The translations under genes were made by a program, and so were the position numbers. A DNA stretch of 64,000 nucleotides from the NCBI GenBank assembly GCA_002104905.1, contig MCFE01000028.1:163862-227861 (forward strand). Reading direction: 5' to 3'. The DNA is from Basidiobolus meristosporus CBS 931.73. Taxonomy: Eukaryota > Fungi > Basidiobolomycota. The notes under the pieces were generated by a model. The model was not told where the DNA came from and ran no database searches. It saw nothing but the letters and a program-made list of their open reading frames with translations. Shown piece after piece: positions 56,052 through 64,000 of the stretch (the first letter of the stretch is position 1; every line of letters begins with the position of its first letter).

Positions 56052-57929
56052 CTTGAGGGTATCTCCGATATGAGGAACTGAAATATGGGGAGGGTTGTAC
56101 GTGAACTCGAGGGGTGGTGAGGCTCTTTTTAAATGGGAGAAGAAAAATAAACTTTTGCAGATCTGACAATATAGAAATGCCATTGATGTGATGACCACAT
56201 ACTCCGTTTTCGCCGAGAATCTGATAAATTCTGTTGTTTTCATTGATCAGATTACTTTCGTGTAACATGTTTCATACCATCACTAATCAAATATTCCATA
56301 GAATAAGAGGTGCGTAACAACCATCCTTAACCGTTGGAAATGTAGATTATTAGCTGTGAAAATCTTCATCACCCATGCTCAGAATGTCCATGCAACTAAA
56401 ATCCAAAAGAAGTGTTTGTCCTACACTAGCCTGGTTAACCACACATACGATTTAGCCCTCATCCAATAAAAGCCTCTACTCATCTGATAACTCCCGCTTC
56501 CAACACTCGCGAAAAGGGCCGAAGCTATGAACCGCTTCTTGAAATGTGAAGGGCTCCCTGTTCGACATATCTGCGATGGTTAGGCTCTCCAAAATCTCTA
56601 CCATCCAGTATCATTGAAGGATCTGATAACCTGCCCCAAAGTAAAGGTGGACTTAAGATTAGATGATCAGATAAGCAGAGGCATTTATAATGTCATACAT
56701 TCTCAACCATAAGTTTATCAATGCTATTCTCATACATTCCCTTTTTGTCAAAATTCCGAGATTTATTCCCTAAAGGATAACACTCTCGGGTGAATTTTGG
56801 AAGGCCCAGATTGGCGTACAAGGAATCTGATAATTTATTAATTTGGGTCAAGTATGGAGCGGAGGGGAAGTGAATGGGCTGAAGGGGAAATATGTACTGA
56901 AGAATGATGTAGTCATACCAAGTCAATATCCTGTTAAAATGGAAACTTAATATTATCCATGTTTCTACAACTGCTCATATAAAAATATCAAACATTTTCT
57001 AACTCTGACCTTTGTGCAACGTATAGGGCGATGAACAGGGCCTCCAGAAAAAGGTAAAATATACGCTTAATTGGTCCACAGTTGATTTCCATCAGATAAC
57101 TATGACTGATTTTTGTTATCGAATTTGTGGTGACAGAAAGATGTTATCAGATATGCTTATGTTGGCAGGGATATTTCAAACCCAAGTGGTTAACGGGGTT
57201 TTGAGCATCACATACTTGTAATCTCAACAGCGACAAGCATCACCAGAGCGCATAGTCGAGATTAGAAAGGCGTTTGCCGACAATCAGCCTTCAGGTTGAT
57301 GTTGTAAGTACCTAATACGCAACTTGGAGCAATCGTTGTTCATTACGTAAGCATCGTCAATTTGATGGTGGTGTAGTCTTACCAATGGATTTATGAACAG
57401 CTTACCACGATGTAACAATGCTGATACACTGAATACACTCCAGTGTTGGTGCTTTCCTTGTTTTCCTAGCGCCTAACCCTATCGCTTAGGATAGTACACG
57501 GTGTTTATGAGAATGAAAAGTGGAAAACACTATCTATTTTATCTGATCTCCCGGTGCATTTTGATGATCATAATGGTGAATAGTAGTAGTATCCACTATT
57601 GTGCGTACTTATAATAATAAAAGCAATAGCGCGATCTTTATGAAATTAAACGTAATACTGAACATAGTACATCGGGGATTATGGCTTGCAGGGATACAGC
57701 TACTTACACAACTTCACTAAAAGTATACGAGAGAACAGCATGGTTGTTGAGGGTTATAAATATTAGCAATATCCAATACAAACTCTTGCATCTAAGGAGA
57801 TGCTAGCATTCAGGAATGTTTAGTACAGATCATTTTAGCGCTTGATCAGCTTGACTCATTCAAGTTCATACAGGTATGTGTATGTCAACTGGGTATTATC
57901 AGCATCATTGAGATCTACCCAGTGACAAG

Positions 57930-58230
57930 CACCAATGGGTGAAATCATTATTTAAAATCATAAATAACAAAGTAAGGTTATAAAACATATATCTGGAATT
58001 CTGCAAGTTAACAAGATGGACTTGGACTTTGCTGTTTCCCAAATATCTTCAATATCAAAATCAAGGGGAGAATGAAGGAAAACTGCTTGGCTTAGGGGGT
58101 AACAATCACCAACAGGTGAAATCATTATTTCAATAACTGAAGATAAAGAAGGCAAGTGCTACACAGGTAGCTTTTTTACCAGTGAATAAATTGAAGGTTA
58201 GGGGGGAGACAGTCACCAACAGGTGAAATC
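57930..58230. repeat. Three copies of a short hairpin motif downstream of the LINE ORF
   Basis: CACCAATGGGTGAAATC (57930), TCACCAACAGGTGAAATC (58106, 58213). Confidence 0.75.
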
Positions 58231-58260
58231 TTTGTTTCAGTTAAAACAAAGAAGCCAGCG

Positions 58261-60040
58261 CTACTGTTGTAGCTTTGATACAAGAGTGTGTAGCTGAGGG
58301 GAATTTGTAGGTAAGTTAACAAGAAGTGATGATAGTTCTTCAGTGCTCAAGACACTGTTCAGTGGGAAGGGGGGTAGCAAGAGGGGTAAGAATGATCTGT
58401 GAACAACATTAATGAGGGGAATATGATAAGAATTGATATTCATCATAAAGGGAGTGTGCTGCTTCAGATATTGCTGCCAAAGGTCTTTCAAGTACTTCAG
58501 GTAGGCCAGCTTGGGTTTCTTTGACTGCAGAATATAGTGAGCAAACTTCTTGACTTCAGGATCTCCAAGTATAGTTCTCCAGCAGGAGCCAGGTGTAGTG
58601 TGGTGTGTTCTCCTCCAGGCCTTGATTAGTGGGTGTTGCAGTGGTGAAGTTGGAGATATCAACTGGTTTTAAGGTAGAGTAGTCTGATCTTGTAGGGCAT
58701 AAACCCAAAAGCACCAAGAATAGCATGTCTGTAGGGGCATTCAGGCAGATAAGGCACTGGGGATGTAATGCACCACACTGCAAACTTGTCAAGCTTAGTG
58801 CAGTCTCAAGAGGTAAGAGAGAGAAGTGGTAAGCCAAATTCCAGGACAGGGAAGACAAACTGCTTCAGTGGAAGGAGGCAGCTGAGAGCTGAAGTTGTAG
58901 GAGGAGTAACAGCCATTAGCTTGTGGAGTGCTTGTCTTGCCAGGATAATTCTCTTCTTCAGGTGTGCTCCAGAGTCTAGTCCTGTAGGAAGGAAAGGAAA
59001 GCCAAGATATGTAGCAGAAACATGAGCAGGTAGAGTGCAGTTGTCTAAGTTGATAGGACAACCCAAAGGTACTGTCTTTGCAATGGAAAGCTGGAGATTA
59101 TTCTTCTGCAGATACTGGTGGATTGACTGGGAGTCTTGTTGCACATTGGAGGAGGATATTCTGATGTCATCAGCAAAGAGAGTAACCAGGCAGTCAGCAG
59201 AGAGTCTTGGGAAGTCATTCAGGAAAATGGCAAACAGTATAGGACCAGCACAGAGACTTGAACCACTCCATTAGGAACTGAGAACACTGGTGATTGCTCA
59301 CTTGGGTGCAGAGTTCTTGCTTGTGGATCCAGAAACAGAGACCTGACAAGGAGGGTGAGAGATGTAATGGAGAAGCATTGCAACTTGGACCAAAGCAGAT
59401 TTCTGTCAACTGAATCAAAGGCCTTAGTAATATCAAACAGAACAGAGGGATACTTGCACTGGAGAGAGTGATCTTGACTGAGAGTGACTTCATATTCCAA
59501 GGAGAGGCCAGGAATAAAGCTAAATTGTGCAGGGTAAAACTTGAGGGAGTCAGAGTAGAGCTCCTGATCAATCAGAAGCTCAAACACCTTTCTGCAGGTG
59601 GGCAGCAGAGATATTGGCCTGTGGGAGCAGGGGTCCAGGTGCTTTCCTTTACCCTTGTACAGTGGCAGAACATTTGCAAAGGACCATTCCTCAGGAGTAG
59701 AAGGCTGGGCTGAGCATTGCTGAAGCAGTGGAATCAGAAGAGCAGATATGGCCTTGGTACTAGTTGTCAGAAGCTCATAGGAGATTGTGTCCACACCTGG
59801 AGCAGTAGAGTTAGGAAGCCTCCTGAGCACATTATGGATTCTCTCTTGATCAAGTGCAAGTGGGATTGGCAGAGTCTTGAAGTTGGGATGAAAGCCAGGA
59901 GTTGAGTACTGCTTTGTAGAGAAGAAGATGTTAGCCAGCTGCTCTGTTGAAGGTAACTCCCTGGAAGAGGGCCTCATTGCCCTGTAGAGTCTTGACACTG
60001 TTCTTGTTATAGAGTTGGAAGATTTAGGGTGTAGGTGTTA
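58261..60040 (-). mobile_element. Degenerate non-LTR (LINE-type) retrotransposon, RT and thumb only
   Basis: TAPGVDTISYELL, RPISLLPTCRKVFE, DITKAFDSVD, GVVQ, FADD, YLGFPF, PVLEFGLPL; frameshifts and TGA stops; no endonuclease seen. Confidence 0.88.
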
Positions 60041-60339
60041 TAGTAAGGGCTAGGAAAAGGTTAGAAGAGCAGGGGGTCTGGGGGATGCAGTCCCCTAGAG
60101 AATAAAAAAGCAGGGGGTTTGGGGGATGCAATCCCCCATACTGCTCCCATACTCTTTAAATTCCCGTTGGATTACTTTTCTCTCATTCTTGGTTCTGGTC
60201 CCTTAGGGTTAGAATTCCTCCTCCTAACCCTTATCACCCTAACCATAAATATTTTTACCCTACAATTGGCACATTGTCTGCTCATACGGTGGGCATGTCT
60301 GGGCCAATATTTATCTCCCTATACTGTCCATACGCTCTG

Positions 60340-61036
60340 TGTTGTATCCAAGAGAAAGTGTAATAAAACTCTTGAATGGTTTAACTGAACCAAAGGGACA
60401 ATTAAGTGCAGAATCTTAGAATTGTCAGAGAGTGGCGGAAATATTAGCAGAAAAATTCTGTTCTAATATTGGTCTTGGATATAGCTGGGTTGGCTATAAA
60501 GGCAATGATATTTGTTTGCTAGGCAGGCTAGGCTTGGTGTTCTTTGGAGTGCTAGATATACTAGGCTTGGATAGAAACTAGAACGGAATTGTTGGATTCT
60601 TATTTTTGCTGAGACAGAATCTTAATTTCGTTGAGACACACACTAAGCCAAAAGGTTCAGTACACTTTATTTATACTTTTCTGATCAAGTTGAATTAGTA
60701 AGTGCCAAGGGACTGGATTGATTGAAATCAATTTGGGTGTTCATAGGTGCATAAGATAAATGAAAATTACATCATCAATCAACTGATGTCTTGGCAATTG
60801 CACAGTGGTTGGATAGATCTCAGATGACTAATCACCTGGGAAGGCTTGGCAGATAGGTTGATAACATGATGACCATTTGAAAATAGATCAGGTGTGATAG
60901 CTAAAAATAGATTCTGAGGTGGGATCAAATAAATTGTAACTGGGATTTGTTATGTTTGGGTTAGGGAAAATCAGTTAGGGTACTAGATTTTCAAACGGAG
61001 TAAAATTGGCTAAGTTTTAAATGTTGATGCACAACA
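60340..61036 (-). mobile_element. 3' LTR of the Ty3/gypsy element
   Basis: Minus strand starts TGTTGT right after the pol stop and purine tract GGAAGGAAGTGA; proposed end ACAACA at 60340 (6-bp inverted termini); TATAAATAAA inside. The distal end is less certain. Confidence 0.65.
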
Positions 61037-63738
61037 TCACTTCCTTCCAGAAGAGGAGTTTTTTGATACCTTCTGGGTTCCTCTGCGGCTCCAATACTGA
61101 TCAATAATGGCAACATCATCAAAGTTGGTGTAAGGTTCCCAGGTGTTGTGTTTGGCATCATAGCCTTTCCACTTGACTAAATAAAGACAATTTGGTTCTT
61201 CTCCATCATGGTCCACAATAGCTTCCACTTCATAGGATTCCAAAGTTACTGGGTCTTGAGAAATGAGTTTGAGTGAAGAAGGTGGAAAGTTTTTGGGTAG
61301 CAGTGCTCCAGTGTTATCCTGAAGTACATAAGATCCTCCAGTAGTGCGTCTGACAACCTTGAATGGTCCTTCATACTTGGGGTCAAGCTTAGATTGCCGG
61401 ATTGGATCTAGAGTCATGACATATGACCCATCTGGGAAGCTGCTGTTCCTGTGTCTTGAGGCGTACGTTGAAGTCATCTTTTGCTGAGAGGCCTTACTTC
61501 TGGCACTGATAGCAGGGTAGACAATGTTGGTAAGGTGCTCAAGCCGGTTCTTTAGCTTAACTGTATTCAAACTTGCTAACTCTGTATTCTGGTAGTCTCC
61601 AAAGTGGTTGTATCTTCTTCCAAACATCAAGGAAAATGGGGTTGATCCATGTAGAGCGGCAATTTTGGTGTTGATAGCATACTGTACAGTTGGAATGTAC
61701 TTGTCCCAATTCTTCTTGATACCTTTGATAGATTTCCTGATGATGTTCACTGAGGTCTGAACATGTCTTTCAGCCAGTCCATTAGCTTTGGGATGATATG
61801 GAGTGATCAGACAATGATCAATGGTGCTATTCTGGCAAAGGGCTTTGATCACGTGATTCACAAATTCTGTTCCATTATCCGATTGAACGACCTTAGGGAA
61901 TCCAAAAAGGCAGAAGAGCTTGAATAGTTCTTGTGCAATAGTGGCCGCATACTTGTCTGGGATGGCTTTGAGGAAGACAAATCGTGTGCAGACATCCACA
62001 ATTACAAAGAGGTAGTGATTACCATCATCACTAGTGGTGAAAGGTCCAGCTAGATCAATTGCAATATGATCCATAGGAAGGCTTGCATGGATGGGGCTCA
62101 AAGGGTGAAATCCATGGCGGCTGATATTGTAAAGTTGACATTCTCTGCACAACTTGACAAATTCTAAGCAGTCAACTTTGATATTTGGCCAGTGATATCC
62201 ATCAGAGTGTAGCTTCTTCATAAGTGTGTCAGCTCCAAAGTGGCCAAGTAAATGACTCCTCTGTATCAATGTTTTCCTTTGTTCTTCAGGTGGGATTTTC
62301 CAAGTTGCTGAATCCAGTTGAGGAATTATTTTGGAAGTTGTAGAGAGTTTACTGATTACATCAGTAATCACGTGTCCCTCCCAAGGTGAAGTTGGAAAAA
62401 GTCTTGACAGATGGTCAGGAAGGATGTTGAGAATTCCTGGGCGATGAATAACTGTATATTCATAATCAAGTAGAGTATCAAGCCAGTTGGTAAGCATTGG
62501 AGTCAGAGTCTTCGGAGTGTGGATATAGACAAGGGCTTGGTGGTCAGTGTACAAGGTAAAAGGATTACCCCATAGATACTGATGAAACTTCTTCAAGGCA
62601 AAGACTATGGCAAGTAGCTCCTTCTTGGTAGCAGAGTAGTTTCTCTCAGCAGGTTGTAGGGACCTGGCTTGGAAAGAGATCCAGTGAGGCGGATTTTGGT
62701 CTTCATCTTGATAGAGGACTGCCCCTAACCCAACATTAGATGCATCTGTAGCAACAACAAAGGACTTAGTAAAGTCTGGGTAGGATAAGGTGGGTGCTTG
62801 TGGAAGCAGTTGGCAGAGTGACTCAAAGGCTTGGTCATGAGTCTTGTTCCAGGCTGAGGTGAGATCAGAGCTATGGCGTAATGCATCTAATGGGGCACTC
62901 AATGAGGACATGAGTGGTATGTGTTCCCTGAAATAGTTGAATACTCCAAGATAATGTTGAAGTTGCTTGGCGCTAGTGGGTTTTGGCCATTCTGGGATAT
63001 TGACCAGTTTGAAAGGATCTAATTGGTGGCCAGCTGGTGTGACTATAAATCCAAGTAGATTGATTTTGAGGCGGGCAAAACTGCACTTTTCAGCATTGAG
63101 AATCAGTCCAGCAGTTGTCAGTCTGTTGATTACATCAGTGACATGGGTTGCATGATCATCACGGTTAGTGGAGAATATGATGACATCATCAACAAATACC
63201 AATGCGTATGGTGCATTCTTGAGTATTATAGTCATGACTCTCTGAAACTTGCTGGTAAGTGTCTTTAGGCCAAAGGGAGCTCCCTGAAACATCCATTGCA
63301 TATTATTCCAAGTAAAGGCAGTCTTATGCTGATGATCAGGATGGATCTGGAATTGGTGATATGCATCCTTCAAGTCCAACTTGGAGAATACTTTTGCTCC
63401 TGATAGTGCGGAAAAGATATCTTAGATTCTTCGAATTGGAAACTTGTCATCTTGGAGAAGCTTGTTCAGAGGTCTGGGGTCCAAACAGGGTCTCTTCAGG
63501 GTTAGATTTCCATCAGCATCTTTCTTTGGTGCAAGCGTCAAAGGGCTGTTGAATGTTGTGTTGACAGGGGCTTGAGTGATAATTCCATTGTCAGCCCATT
63601 TTTGGACTATCTCATCAACTAAGTGTTGACATGAATGCGGAATTGGGTATTGCCTCCTCCATGTTGACTCACCAGGTGGGGTCTCTAGTGTAACAATGGA
63701 CTCTGGGATGGTGCAGAAGCTGTTCCTTGGGTTTAGGG
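61037..63738 (-). mobile_element. Ty3/gypsy chromovirus pol (RT-RNaseH-integrase-chromodomain), 5' part lost
   Basis: LDLKDAYHQ, FVDD, TDASNVG, HHCC, IDLAG/SDNGTEF/AERHV DDE, YEGPF, YEVEAIVDH...YLVKWKGY...TWEP; the frame continues upstream of the 780-aa ORF through one TAA (63422-63424) to the telomere. Confidence 0.96.
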
Positions 63739-64000
63739 CTAGGGTTAGGGTTAGGGTTAGGGTAGGGTTAGGGTTAGGGTTAGGGTTAGGGTTAGGGTTA
63801 GGGTTAGGGTTAGGGTTAGGTTAGGGTTAGGGTTAGGGTTAGGGTTAGGGTTAGGGTTAGGGTTAGGGTTAGGGTTAGGGTTAGGGTTAGGGTTAGGGTT
63901 AGGGTTAGGGTTAGGGTTAGGGTTAGGGTTAGGGTTAGGGTTAGGGTTAGGGTTAGGGTTAGGGTTAGGGTTAGGGTTAGGGTTAGGGTTAGGGTTAGGG
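63732..64000 (+). repeat. Telomere (TTAGGG)n
   Basis: About 44 repeats to the window end; proximal variants TTTAGGG, CTAGGG, TAGGG (63763) and TTAGG (63816). Confidence 0.98.

Noticed and set aside
56300-57900. AT-rich gene-free stretch with short ORFs (e.g. 56693-56926)
   Set aside because: No identifiable domain or terminal repeat; a single CCTAACCCT at about 57472 is compatible with chance.
63745-63820. pol reading frame stays open a short way into the telomere repeats
   Set aside because: No start codon and inevitable for some frames of CCCTAA; no evidence of use.

Overview
Right end of a chromosome from an intron-rich fungus; gene content and style suggest an early-diverging lineage such as Basidiobolus, but that is inference. 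The window opens with a self-nested pile of Ty1/copia LTRs (1-1228). About 54 kb of gene-dense single-copy DNA follows, with about 30 mostly spliced genes: pseudo-PLA2, alpha-arrestin, SPIDR-like, CPT1/EPT1, RPA12, RPA34, SRPK, WDR5, DCTN5, RPL9, anoctamin, AAA ATPase, ATG10, arginase, ARL1, SPP, MDE1, DES1-like, TLDc, CorA, SPC3, CHS7, Pcl cyclin, CLPTM1, F-box, GLN4, two SH3 genes and an MFS transporter. The last ~6 kb is a short subtelomere: a CpG-free LINE-type RT relic, a chromodomain Ty3/gypsy element and a (TTAGGG)n telomere. The most striking features are: (1) the telomere is joined directly inside the gypsy pol gene at a telomere-like seed, suggesting de novo chromosome healing; (2) a secreted group XII-like PLA2 with His-Arg instead of His-Asp; (3) a probable fungal SPIDR homolog; (4) complete CpG erasure in the LINE. 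Family assignments come from motif recall, not database searches, and exon boundaries were inferred by eye from GT-AG signals.
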